In this document: in pieces, positions 37,644-50,200 of the stretch
Position numbering within the stretch: the stretch's first letter is position 1
Layout: each line of letters begins with the position of its first letter
NCBI GenBank assembly: GCA_002633005.1
Contig: NMRA01000031.1
Location: forward strand, 781,185-845,184
DNA: 64,000 bases
Direction: 5' to 3'
Origin: Phoronis australis
Taxonomy: Eukaryota; Animalia; Phoronida
The notes under the pieces: model-generated
Databases searched by the model: none
Seen by the model: only the letters and a program-made list of their open reading frames with translations
Told to the model about the DNA's origin: nothing
Program-made: the position numbers and the translations under genes

Positions 37644-37954
37644 CTTGTTGATTTCACGACATCTCTGTGTTCACATCACAAAAGCTGTAAGTGGAGAAAA
37701 AGTTTTGGAAAATGCAATACAGCGCTCCCATGCCGTCCGATTAGAAAGTAGATCAGGTGTCTATTCCATTGTAGGAAAAATCCAAAATTAAACGGTATCC
37801 AGACGTGTGATTTGCATTCTTCTCGTCCAACCCCAAAAATCATAAGGCAGATCTGCCTTCCTACCGAGAAGAGCCTACATTCTAAAGACGTGATTTGTTG
37901 TCGGGCTCTGAGATCATGACTGGCCAGAATGCTAACACTTAAAGTCCCGTCGAC

Positions 37955-38150
37955 ACACAGTCTACCCTAGAACAACTTCCACTCGTGGAATCTACCCCCA
38001 CCTTTAAGTGGAGCCTCCACACAATCCGATAATAAGGTAGAGTAAGTTGTCACAAGTGGGATACGTTGTATTAGTTTTAATAGCGTTCACACAACCTCCA
38101 AACCTAGACAACTCGTTCCAGGAGTAACTTGTTCTAGGGTAAATTTGTGT
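37955..38150. mobile_element. Small inverted-repeat element (MITE)
   Basis: acacagtctaccctagaacaa ... ttgttctagggtaaatttgtgt. Confidence 0.5.
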
Positions 38151-38299
38151 TTGGACAGCGCTTTGTGCTTGTTGCTCGCGAGACTACCCGATAGGACGCT
38201 TTTGTGAACGTTTGTTTTAAGCCTCTGATTTGCCTTCTGTATAGATATTCTATCTGCCTGATTATGAAGCGCCAAACTTCCTTCTCACTAAACGAGTAC

Positions 38300-38830
38300 C
38301 TTTCTGCACTTTAACATGTTCTTAATCAACGCGTGGTTTTGTTTAATCGACGCGTAGTTTTGTGTAATCAACGCGTACTTTTAGTTCTTAAACGATGGTC
38401 TTATTGAAGGCGTACTTTTGCTTAATCAACGCGTAATTTTACTTAGTCAACGCGTATTTTTACTTATTCAACGGGTACATCTAGTTCTTGAACGATCTGT
38501 TCTGCTCTTAATCAACGCGGCATAGTTTTACCTAATTAGTTATTTGTTATGTCCAGTCAAAGATAAGTTTACATTCAGTACGTAACAGCGCCATCATTTA
38601 CATGGTCACTTGACAAGGATCTGCAACATTCTTCAAATGTTGCCTTGCACCCATGTATAAAGTCGCTATTTTGAGATTTGAGAACACGGGCGTGATTGGT
38701 TAACATCAACTGATTAAAAGTACGCGTTGATCGTTTACTAGAACTAATTCAACGCCTTGGCTAAGCAAAACTAAGCGTTGATTAAGCAAAACTACGAGTT
38801 GACTAAGCACATTTCAAAGCGCAGATAAAG
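38300..38830. mobile_element. Foldback-type MITE with about 21-bp subterminal tandem repeats
   Basis: The left arm repeats taatcaacgcgtagttttgct-like units; the right arm carries their reverse complement (aaaactacgagttgactaagc). Outer ends tctgcacttt / aaagcgcaga. True termini may extend further. Confidence 0.6.
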
Positions 38831-39498
38831 AGTAGTTTAAAAATCCTTTGGTGCTTCGTACCAGATAAATTTCTACATGCGAACGCTGTATAAGAGTATC
38901 TCAGGGGTTTAAGGATAATGCCTTATCATGACCGCATACAGTATGTTTGTGTTTTGTAGAAATGGTTCTAAGATGGCGTAGATCAGTGCTTGGACTATAT
39001 ATATATTCTGTATATGTTGATCCGGAATAAGTGCATTAGCACGCCATAAAACTGTCACTGTTTACATGTGATGAAAATAATCTTATTTCACATGTGGTAA
39101 TGACCCCCCAAACAAATAGAAGAATTCGCGATATCTAACTGGGTCATGCGACTTAAATTCGCCCAACGCTCTGCTTCGATATCATTATCGTCAATTTCAA
39201 ACAGACGCAGACCAGTTTTGCTAATTGCTGAAAGCTTTCACTCTGTCCGAGTCAGTAACTGCAAAAGTTGTCCCATTATTTGTCATAGCCGGTGTAGCTT
39301 GTTCTTCTAAGAGGTCCACTTTGTTTGGGGTTTACGGTGTTCTAAGGTTGAACTGATTCATCTGATGGTCCATTTCTTAGGAGCAGAGAATATATGTAAC
39401 ATTTGTCAATGATTTGAACTGACGGATACGTTAGCTTTTAAATGTATCCATTCACAAGACCTAAATAGTATGAACAGAAAACGTAAAAAATGTCTCAC

Positions 39499-39542
39499 CT
39501 GTTCGATTACGTTCAGCCTGTAAACTGTCATGCGCACGCGCA
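39499..39542 (-). promoter_or_regulatory. Candidate non-coding first exon and promoter of the GH65 gene
   Basis: Minus-strand donor cag|gtgaga at 39499/39498. The ATG-bearing exon has an acceptor at 37684 and so needs an upstream exon. NRF1-like tgcgcacgcgca at 39531-39542. Confidence 0.4.
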
Positions 39543-40023
39543 GTGGACAAGTTACGCTTTATCTTATCGAATAATGATTAATTATCGCAGTTGTTGACAG
39601 AGCAATGTTCACGTGTACATATATGCACCTCATGGCTTGTGTAGTATATTTTGGTTATATCTATTTCCAAACTTACATTGTCCGTGTCCTAAGTTAAGTT
39701 TTTTTGCAAAGGGTTACATACTCGGAGTTTGTCGATCAATCGTATCATTCCAACTTACCATTTGAATCTTTGAAACAAAGCTTTGCTCTGTAGATTGCCT
39801 TGCCAATCCTTAAAAGTTAGATTAACTCCTTCCAAACTATATTAAATCAGCAATCGTTTCTAAGGTTCCGAAGAATTAACAGACGATTGTGGTGAGGGGC
39901 CGCGCATCACTAGTGATCCTTGGGTGTCTCGATGGTTAGTATTTACCATCTGACATGTTCACTCTAGTGGTTGAGGTCAGGGGAGTCATGAGTTTGGCTC
40001 TCAAAAATTGCGCTCGATCAACT

Positions 40024-40163
40024 CATGGGCGGCGCACCATAGGGTCTGGGGGGGCTATGGCCCACTTTTTTCAGTGCTACACCGCATGGTCTATAGGCGA
40101 TGCACCACAGGGGGCTGAGGGGGCTTTAGCCCCCCCACTTTTTTCAGTGCTGCGCCGCCCATG
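40024..40163. mobile_element. CATG-ended MITE with 5-bp TSD, built from two tandem internal units
   Basis: Perfect 13-bp TIR catgggcggcgca / tgcgccgcccatg, flanked by caact/taact. Confidence 0.75.
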
Positions 40164-41306
40164 TAACTTCTCTGATAACCACTTATAATACTTGAAAATT
40201 CTACCATCCAATTAAGTGTATTAAATTTGGTCACTGCCGAACAAGCTCAGTACTGTACATCACCCATACGATTTTATTTAGAATCAAAATTGATGTAACC
40301 TCATAAAACCATTTGAAAGCTATTTTACGTAACCTAATGCATCATGAATGAATACTGCTAGACTAATCTGGTCCGCTATTGAGAGACACCCAAACCGGCC
40401 TCCGAGTTGATTTTGGTCAACCCACTACAGGTAACTAGGGCCTACTTGAAACTCACTGCATAACGTCCAGCATAACTCCACGTGACAAAGTTGTTTTGAG
40501 CCAGATAATCTCAGTCCCAAAATTGAGCTAGACCAACTCAAGATGTAACCCCAGAAAACTCGTTTCAAAATATTCAACTCAACCACGGATATCATGATTG
40601 AACACTGCACGTCAAATGAGTGGTGGATTACCCTCTCCAGACACGCCAAAACCTCCAATTTTAGCTAAATCAACCCACCGCGTAACCGTTGAAAGCAACA
40701 ATTCCAACATGTTCAGGGTCAGTCCACATGGCACAACAGTTACACAATTTCAGAGGTGGGATGCCTCAGCCAGATCAACTAAAGAATCGAAACAACAAAA
40801 TTCCCAAAATCTCATTTACGATGAAGGAATACTAGCTACTTGATTGTACCTTCCATGGTGAGTCAATTGAAATCAACCAATTCCATTACAAATTTATGTT
40901 ACGGTGACTGTGAGTGCACAAAACGAATAGTTGTCTTTTCCAGGCAAATTGGTTTACAAACTGTATTACCTGAAACTACTTGCTACAAGTACGCACTTAG
41001 CCAAGTACTCAGTAACAACTTTAGTATTTCCCATCCAGTGTAACGAGACCACTTTAAGAAGCCATTGTCGATTTTTTTTACTTCTGTCTGTGTCAGTGAT
41101 TTCAAGTAAATCCTTCACAGGCTATCGGGGAACCACTGATACGATCGGTTACTGACTTCGTCTTTCGTTGCGTGAGTCTTTCAACTCTTCCTCGACGGAG
41201 CACTAGTCCAATCTAAGTTGCTTCTTAGTCAAAGCGGGACTCATTTCAAACTTTTAAGTCGACTCGAGAAATGCCGTTTAAGTACTTTGTTCAAAACACA
41301 ACCGTA

Positions 41307-41781
41307 TTGCTGTTGCCGCCGCCGGTAGCCTGCTGCCTGCTGCGTACCGGTGTCGCTGCTGCTGCCTCTGCCGATTATAATGTCGTCTGATGGCTGTTGT
41401 CTGCCTGCTGTTGATGCTGCTGCTGCTTGTGCTTCTCCTGCTTCAGTTGTTCCTGCTTCTGCTGCTGCTGTTGCTGCCGCCTGCCAATTGCCGCCTGCCT
41501 GCTGTCTGCCGCTGTTGCTGCTGCTGCCTCTGCCGTTGTCGACTGCTTCTTGAGCCTGTCTCCTGCCGGCTGTCGATTGCTGTTCCTGCTGCTTGTGCTG
41601 CTTCTGCTTCTGCTGCTGCTGCCGACTGCTTCCTGCGGCTGCCATCAGTCACCTGCCAGCTGCTGATGCTGCAGCTTGTTCTGCTACTGGTGCTGCTGCT
41701 CATGCTGCCTGCCTGCCTGCTTGCCTGCCTCCCTGCCTGCCTGCCTGCTGTTGTTTCTGCTTCTTCTGCTGATGATGCTGA
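41307..41781. repeat. Compound degenerate (CTG)n/(CCTG)n low-complexity tract
   Basis: About 470 bp of gct/gtt/gcc triplets plus a (gcct)n block near 41706-41747. Confidence 0.85.
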
Positions 41782-44181
41782 AGCTAAAGGACGCGGACCA
41801 AACCCAGACATCGATCATCAATGTACACTATTGCCCTCGTCACTTGAAAAAACATTCTTCACGTCACGTGAGTTTTTATTACAAATTCGCTAAAACTACC
41901 CATCACTAGAAATGAACAATAAAGAAGAAATTCGATTTTTGTGGCTAATGGCAGTGCTCAAGGTAGTTGGTTAGAATGTCATGTGATTTCTTGAATCTCG
42001 TTTTAACTGGGACACTCTTCTTAAAGCTAAATATACGTGAAATGTGTGTTTACAAAATCGACAGTCGGCTAACACAGGGTCGGAAATTTAGTTCATTGAA
42101 ATCGCCACTTTCTGAGTTACAATGCAGGATGCTGACAAAAGCTAAGGAAACTGAAATGAAGTGACGTCAAACTATGTGTCTACAATGAGGCATGCAGCTA
42201 ATTGTCCTCGGAGATGCACAACGAGTTCACTCAGTTGAACAACTGTGTTTTCATTCGTAGATATCATTAGACAACCAAATAGCTAACTGGCTACAAAATA
42301 CAACTGCTTTTCTCAAAATGTCGAGAACCCAAATTTCTTTAAGGCGATGTCGAAGTCTAGAAAAGTGGCCAAATTTAGTTAACTTCCGGAACATCTTTTC
42401 TCGGAAATGGCTGATCGGATTTATTTAAAACTTTCAAATATTACGCTTTGTGCGCTGTCTTCCAATTTAAGGTCAGGAATTGTTTCCATTTTTGTATGAG
42501 AAGCTATGGAAAATTAGGACTTTTGTGTTTCTATGGAAAATTAGGACTTTTGTGTCTCTACGAAAAAAATAAATGTTTGATAAAAAAGAAGCGATAATTT
42601 AAAAAATGTGCAGATTTTTTTGAGACTTTATCTTGAACATTTAAATCAAACAAAATTTGGTCACTGTATTGATACCGTTGTTTAGCTATTATACAGAAAT
42701 GTGACAATAAAATCAAATGTGGAGATTGCCGATGACAGTGAACAGGCTTATTGTCTACAACTAGTATCCCATCTGTCGGCGAATTCTGCGTACTCCTCGT
42801 ATATAGTGCTGTCAGCCTGTGGGAAATGAGTTAAAAGGTTTTCACAATATAAACATATACCTGGTGGATATGGTGAAAGGCACCGTGTCGCCCTGGCCAT
42901 CTTGTTTTACAAGTTTATCTGTGTCTTCTTTTTCTTATTGCCGTCGGACGCGTCGGACCGATTCCCAATAGTTGCCAGTCACTTAATTTTGCCCTTTTGG
43001 GGGATTTCTGGGCGACCCATCTACTTGTTGTGTATCGAACTTCTGTGCACTCTCTGGGTGAGTATAGCGCCGCCTGCCCAAGGCTCGCTGTAACGTGTGT
43101 GCACACCGAAATGACCCTTCACATCGCACACGCCTTTGTAATTTGAGCGGACCACAACTTAGCTGCCGACTACATTCGGTTTGCCCGGTTTGCTGACATC
43201 CTTTCTCGTGTACTATAATTGACAGCTGACAAACAGTCATTTACAGCTAAAAGTATTTTACGGACGTAATTGAAAAGTAAAGATGCACGGGTAATATGAA
43301 TTAAATTCGGCTTCTTACCCGGTTGGGGGGTGCTCTCGCACCCGACGCACTCCTCCCCCGGACACGAGTACATGTATGTTTAATACATATATGATTGAAT
43401 TACAGCTAACATGTGCAACTCGTGCCTCCTGTTGGCCATGAAATAAGTATGGTTAATCATAAAAATTGGTAAGATCTCGCTGAACTCCGATTGCGGTTCA
43501 TGAGAGTACGAAATAATGCTTGTGCGAAAAGAATTGTGAAGTTAGTGCCGTGAATGAGAACAATCAAGAGGGGAGAGGAAGATTGCCATCAACCGTTGCA
43601 TAGATGTAAATTTAGTTGTCCACTCGTTTAGTTGCCATTATCTTTTTACTTATGAGGCCGATGTACCTGTATTCGAAACACTTAGTGCGGTTTTCGGCAA
43701 TGACTTCTTCTCTTCAATTTTTTTGCATACACATGCCTAAGTAGCTGTCATTTCTTGTACATATGCACTGTTTTTGTTTTTGTATCTATTCGAAATACTT
43801 TAATAGATTTACACTGTTGTTTGAATACGTCTGTTACAGTCGTAAAATACTGAAATTCGTTTTCGGTTTTAACTCAGATGTTTCACAAATAGGCGCCCGC
43901 GTCTTACTTCTGTCTGATTCTTTCCCTTGAATGCAGTCTGATTGAAGTTGCGCGCAGTGCAACTATATGCCAGGGACTTTGCGGTAGTACTCTTAATATC
44001 AGAAGGCCCACTATTATGAGATTAAAAATGTAGATTTAAATCAAAAATCTTCATAAGTCCCAAGTTGTTAGAACACTCCGTGCTTAGCTCTGGTGTCCAA
44101 TAAATTGTCTTTTCAGTAGAGCTAATCAGTGACTGTTTAATGTACGGCTGTGCCGTAAGAGGGCAAACCAAGCGTGGATAC

Positions 44182-44224
44182 AGCGCGTGCGCACTGACTG
44201 CAGCAAAGTGTTTACAAGATGGCG
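44182..44224 (+). promoter_or_regulatory. NRF1-like and YY1-like motifs at the CCDC169 start
   Basis: agcgcgtgcgca at 44182-44193 and caagatggcg overlapping the ATG. Motif match only. Confidence 0.35.
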
Positions 44225-47200
44225 GACGTCGAAGTTGTTGACGAGTATGAACTTGAGAGATTACGAGCCGAATTGCAACAAGAAAAACAGATGACGTGCG
44301 TTTTGTATTATTCGTTCTTTTCCAAATGATTTCCAGAACACGTCCCATTATTTTGGTAAAAATTCGAAGGAAAGAAATTGGATTTCCTTGCATTATGATG
44401 TAGAGAATTTAGCGATTTTATGCGAACCCATTTTTAGTCTGTAGGTGAAAATGCTTACATGTGAATGTAGTCTTATCCCTTTGTTGAGTTGTTAAATGGC
44501 ATGTCCACGATACATTTTATGCCTTGGATATTATTGTGAAAGTAAAATTTCGATGGCAGTGAGCAAGCACTTCTTGTATACATAACATTACTACTGGTAA
44601 ACCACATCCATTCAACTTATGCAATTGTTAAACATTCTGCGAGATCACGTGGGGAAGACCACAACTAGGCTTGTGTTGCTTACTATCAGTGACAAGTTTT
44701 TCCTCCTAATTGACGCGGTGAACTTAGGGTAGTGTTGTACATGTGCTTCCAATGAATCATATGAGCCTCCGTTAGGTACTCACTAACGGGCAATTGCCTA
44801 TTAGCTGAATGGTTAGCACGCTTGCCGGGTTTTATGGGGGTCGCTGGTTCGATTCCCGGGTCGGGCAATATCGGCTATTACTACAAATGGCGTAGTCGGC
44901 AAACAGATGATCTACCGATGAAGCACTGACAACTAGTACCCGCGGACCTCAGGACGGTGCGCATGGAAGGTTCCAGGAGTCGAGGACTTGTATGAGAGAC
45001 TATCTTGTGTTCACCTGTGTTGTAGTGGTAAAAGTACCAAGGAACGTTGATGACCTGTATGCGAGACATCCTGGTGTTCACCTTCTTGGTGGCGTGCCTG
45101 TTCTGCAGGAAAGGGGGGAATGTTGTAGATGTGCTTCCGGTGAATCATATGAGCCTCTGTTAGCTACTTGCTAATGGCAATTGCCTATTAGCTGAATGGT
45201 AAAGTATGCTTGATGGTTTTATGGGGGTCGCTGGTTCGATTTCTGGGTCGGGTAATATCAGCTATTACTACAGCAGGAATTACCTTCCTATAAAAAGGCA
45301 GGAAATACTACTTTTGCAGGCTCACTTTGACAAATGACACAACTCACTTAGCTCTGCCAATATTCAACCCAAGAGGATAGTTGTCCTGACCCTGTGTAAA
45401 ATATATGGCACGGTTTTTCCTGATGTGTTTTATTTTCAGGGATATGTTAAATCAGTCAGCAGGTGAACTCAAACTGACTGTGGATCAGTTGGAAAAGAGG
45501 TTTGATAGTGTTGAACAAGAAGGTATGTTTATCAATATTCACACTTGTTAGCATGGGCTATGTCTAGTAAAGATTTGTTGCTCAGCAACAGTGTACCAAC
45601 ATGCTGCAAAATCTACACTCTTTCACAGTGCCATTTCTGGGTTATTAATGGCATTGTACGAGGATTATGCATTGGCAAGCCCTGATTCAGTGTCCGTCGT
45701 GGACTTCCAAACAATGGGGTCTGGTGAACCCAATTTTGGGAGTGAATTTCAATTTTTTGGGATTGATGGAAATGGTATCTGGAGAAATCAAGTTACACCA
45801 GCACTGAACAAAGCAGGATGTGTTGTGGAAGAATAAGAAGAGTATAGTGAAACTTTCATCAATGAAAAGTAAAAGAAGATAACCAAGAAGTGAAGTGGGT
45901 TGTTTGGAATTTTGTAGACATTGTTTCTTGCACCATATCAAAAATGAATCCAGGGTGATACACACATAAATCAGGGTGGGTTTTTTCATGTAACTGTGTC
46001 AAGTAACTAAAGAATGTAGCCATTTAGGAGCACGGGTGGTCATTATTAATGATCTGGGAATAAATTCGAAAAGGTTGATGAATCAATTTTTTTATTTTAC
46101 TTGATGCTTTGTTATTTTGAGTGAGTCAAAAATATACACAAACTTGTGTGGAGTGCAGCTTTTATAGAAATGTATTGCGTCATGAATACGAATATTTTTT
46201 TCTCAACATCATATGCTAATTTATGATAGACTTTTGTGACCTTTTAAGTATTCCACAGCTCAAGTGTCAAGACTCAAGAGCCCTCTGTACAGGCTTCCTA
46301 AAAACATGGTCTCAATACTCAAATAGGTTATTGAAAATCCTGAATTGACAAGCCTCAAATTGCTGATCATTGATCTGCTGTTTACAGGAAATGAGTGGAA
46401 AACAAGATATGAAACTCAAGAAGAAATGAACCAGCAGCTCCAGAGGCAGATCTTGTTGTTACATGAAAAAGTTGAAGAGACCCGACAGGCAATTAAAGAA
46501 GGTAAAGTATAAGATAACACTTTCTGCAGAAAATTTGGAAATTACCCTGTTCTGAGGAAATGCAAGCTTAATGATACCAAAGAAGTTCCCGAAATCTTGT
46601 CAAAGCAGTTTTGTCAAAGTCATACGACAAAACTGAAAATGAAAGAAGATGATTTAGTGAATTAAATCTGTGCATAATTAGTAGAAAGTGTTTGCCTTAA
46701 AATTTAGTATTTTTTGTGGTAAAATTGTTCTCAAAAATACTACACTTAAACAAAGCAGTTTTATATTTCATGCAGATTTGTGGATACACTAATACGTTAA
46801 GTCCAATTTCTGCCTGAAGATGTCATGTCATGTTAAGTATAGGGTATCTATGCCCGGTTGCATGAAACAGTCCCTAAATGTTAGGGATGTCCTTAAGTCT
46901 TAGGGACGTACTTAACTTTTAGGGACTGTTGCATGAAAAGTTCCCAGTTAATTTAGGCATTAAATAGGGACTCAACTTTTGGGCTACCTAAAGTAAGTCC
47001 CTAAGTTGTGTGTTTCACCTGGCACCACCTACTATGAACCCAGTGGTTTTAAGCTAACTGAACAGATTTCGTCCAAAAGGAGTAGTTTTTTCATTGAAGT
47101 GATAAATATTTTAAGAATTTGTATTGAAGCTAATGCTAGCCATGTGATACAGCTACAAGTGTTTCGTCTTTTGTCTTCCCATTTTTATCTGCAGTGGTGT

Positions 47201-50200
47201 AATGTGTGTGTAATTGTGAGAGTTAGTGAGTTGTTGAAATAGCCTTGTCTCGTGTCCTCCTCAATAGATGTTGTTGTTTACTGTTGCCCTTGAAGAAGAG
47301 CTTGTTGCCTCAGGTAAGCTAGGTTTGTGGCACGGATTTGAAATGATTTGTTGCAACATATGTAACATCTAATTAGTAGTTAAAACATTTGTGTTCGGGC
47401 ACGCGTGTAATAATTTATGTACTGTGTGAATTTTTAAAGTTTGGATGTATGGAAAACATTTTTATGTGTTACAGTTAATTTGATTAAAATATCGAGAGCT
47501 TGTGATTTGAACAATGTATAATTTATTATGTAACATTTAACACTAATTGTTAGTTTTGTTGAAAATATTTAAGACTGAAGTTGTAAACGCAGTTTTCTGT
47601 TACTTATGTGCATCTGAAAGTTCTGGGAATGCACTAATAGTCTTTAGAATGTCACAGATAAAGGAGTATGCAGCTCGCTGCATGATTCACGTAATCTTAA
47701 AGTATTAACCGCACCACAGTAGTTGCACATGCACCAATCTATGGTTAAGTGTTTGTTTACAATAGTATCAAGTCATCAAGTGTTTCTTTTTATAATTAAT
47801 GCAACATCCTGGTTTAGGATCAGGTCACTTTATAATTTGATGCGCAAATTAACTGAGGTCTCTTGTATGTGATTACGTTTGTGTTTGCAAACTCCATTTG
47901 TTGCATGTTTTATTTATTGTATAATAGTGCAACTTTTGGCCTACACATCTATATCAGAAAATGTGCATTTTTAAAAGATGGACTTTGGTCTTTCTACATG
48001 CTAGGCCTATGCAACTTAACTTCACTTATAAGCTCAGGTGACCTTCCCTTACATATGTCTGTGTCTTAAACTGTTTTCCTTTGTATATCTCGTCTATTCT
48101 TAGCATTACTTATAGTCAATGCAAAGTTGAATACACGTCTACATTTACCATTTTGGAACGGATAAGTTTCACACACATATATCTTTAAGTTAGCTCCTGA
48201 CATCAGTAAGTGCATTTGCATAATTCCAGATATAGGCACATCTTCAAATATTACATCATGGGCTTAAATACACGTGTATATGTGATTCATATGTGCTAGA
48301 TAAATTCTTCACCATTGAGATACCCCACCATTTATTGTTAAGTCTCGCCTTCTCTCATGGTAATGCTAATACCTGCAGCTTGGTTATCAGCGATGAAGAT
48401 GGAACTTCATATCGAGACATCTGTTGCTCGCTTCTTAAGACACTATAACCATCATCTACCAGAGTGAGACCTTGCACGTATTGATGAAAATATGAAATGT
48501 AATTAATATTGTATTCATGTGAGCGGTCCACAATACCTGACATGTCTGTCTGTCTTTCAGGAAAAGAGGCCCAACACGCACCTAGGACAGGGGGTTACAA
48601 CCTGGAAGAGGTAAACTAGTCTCTGTCTCAGTTGTCTCCCACACTCATTAGAAACTTGGCCTTATCATGGTTGTGTGTGTACTTCATAAATAGATTTGTT
48701 CACAGATCGCAGTAGACAGAATCCTTCATTGTTACAAACGCAGATTTATCTTTTTGTATAGAGTAGGGCAATTACCTAATTTGCTATGATGTCATGGCAA
48801 TAACATATTGTGTGGAAAAATAAAACTATGGTATACTAAAACGGGTGATTTTTCAACCTGTTTGATTTTTAAAATTGAATTCCTCATGAAAGTCTGTGTT
48901 GTTGTTTTTTTTTCGAAGAAATACGGTAGGCAAAAACGATGTCATTGTTTCTGTTGTGATGACCCATGGACTTGACTATGGTACACAATTGGTTTATGAC
49001 TTGTTAGCTCTAACAAAAGATCACCAGAACGCTTCACTATATAAATGACTCTTGCCATAGAATCTGCGGTTTATGATCAATATGTTACTGTCTTTGTTTT
49101 AATAGTTTGACCTAGTTGACAGTGATACCCTTGAAGAAGTGTCATCTGTGTTGATGGACCTTTTACGATCTCTCCAGCACACATTTAGAATGATAAATAA
49201 TGACCCCGTCACCACCAAACTTCAGTCAAGATTAATCTCGAAAATTGATCAATCGCACGACGTGTTTCATGTGAACTTTCATATTTCACGCTACGTGATT
49301 GGTTGAGTTAAGTGTCAAGTATTGGTGGTCATGGGCCCTTTTGACTAAAAATTATGTCTGCTTTGAGTAAGGTAATTTCCCACAATGGCGTATCTTGCTA
49401 TTCATAAAAAGGTCAAGAGGCATCTTTGCTGTAAGATAGGATAACATAATAATGATTTATGATGATTCAATGCATATTGGTGTATAAGCCTAACTTTGGA
49501 CTTTTTAATTGATAATTCCAGGCAAATCCACATATGATAAAGATGTTGGAGAGAGAAAAACAGAGCCTTGCTGGCCAGCTGAGAGATTTGGAGTGGAGGC
49601 TAGACCAGGAGTCCAAGGTTGGTTGGTTTGACAATAAGTTATTGAGAGTTACTGAAATGGCATCATAAATTATCAGGGAGGTATACAAGTTTGGCATTTG
49701 TGATGTGTGTAAAAAACACATTTCTTCAAAATGTTTTTTCCGTTAATTTTCTGTAATTAATTTAAAGTTGTATTTTGTCCTGCTTAGTTGGCTAAAAATG
49801 AAAATTGAGGCCTTTTGCTCTCATAAAATTAATCTCATAACATTCCTTGCCATGTTAGGATTCTATTTGGTTACCATCTAGAAAATCCAAACCATCTGTT
49901 ACTCGAGCAAATGCTTTATTGGTGCTGGTCAAACCTAAATTTTTAATTCAAAATGACACTAGCATGCATTGCCTGTGACTTGAGTTAGTAATGGAAATGG
50001 ACTCTATCACTATAAGGAATATTATGAGACCGATTTAATGTCAGAGTGTAAAAGGCCAAATTTGATTTTCGTTTTTAGCCAGCTACTGTATAGCGCAGAA
50101 TGGAGCTTTAAAATTGTGCAATATCATCAGGTTGGCTATATTTTCCAGTAACTATTTATAGACCTAATTCACGCCAACAGGAGGCGCGTTCCAAAACGAG

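Noticed and set aside
41241-41909. Poly-Q, poly-L, poly-C and poly-A ORFs as proteins
   Set aside because: By-products of a stop-poor CTG/CCTG tract, open in nearly all frames with no domain.
44796-44867. Functional tRNA gene (also the copy near 45183-45254)
   Set aside because: Acceptor and anticodon stems pair poorly, and both copies sit inside LTRs. Treated as TE-borne tRNA-derived promoters.
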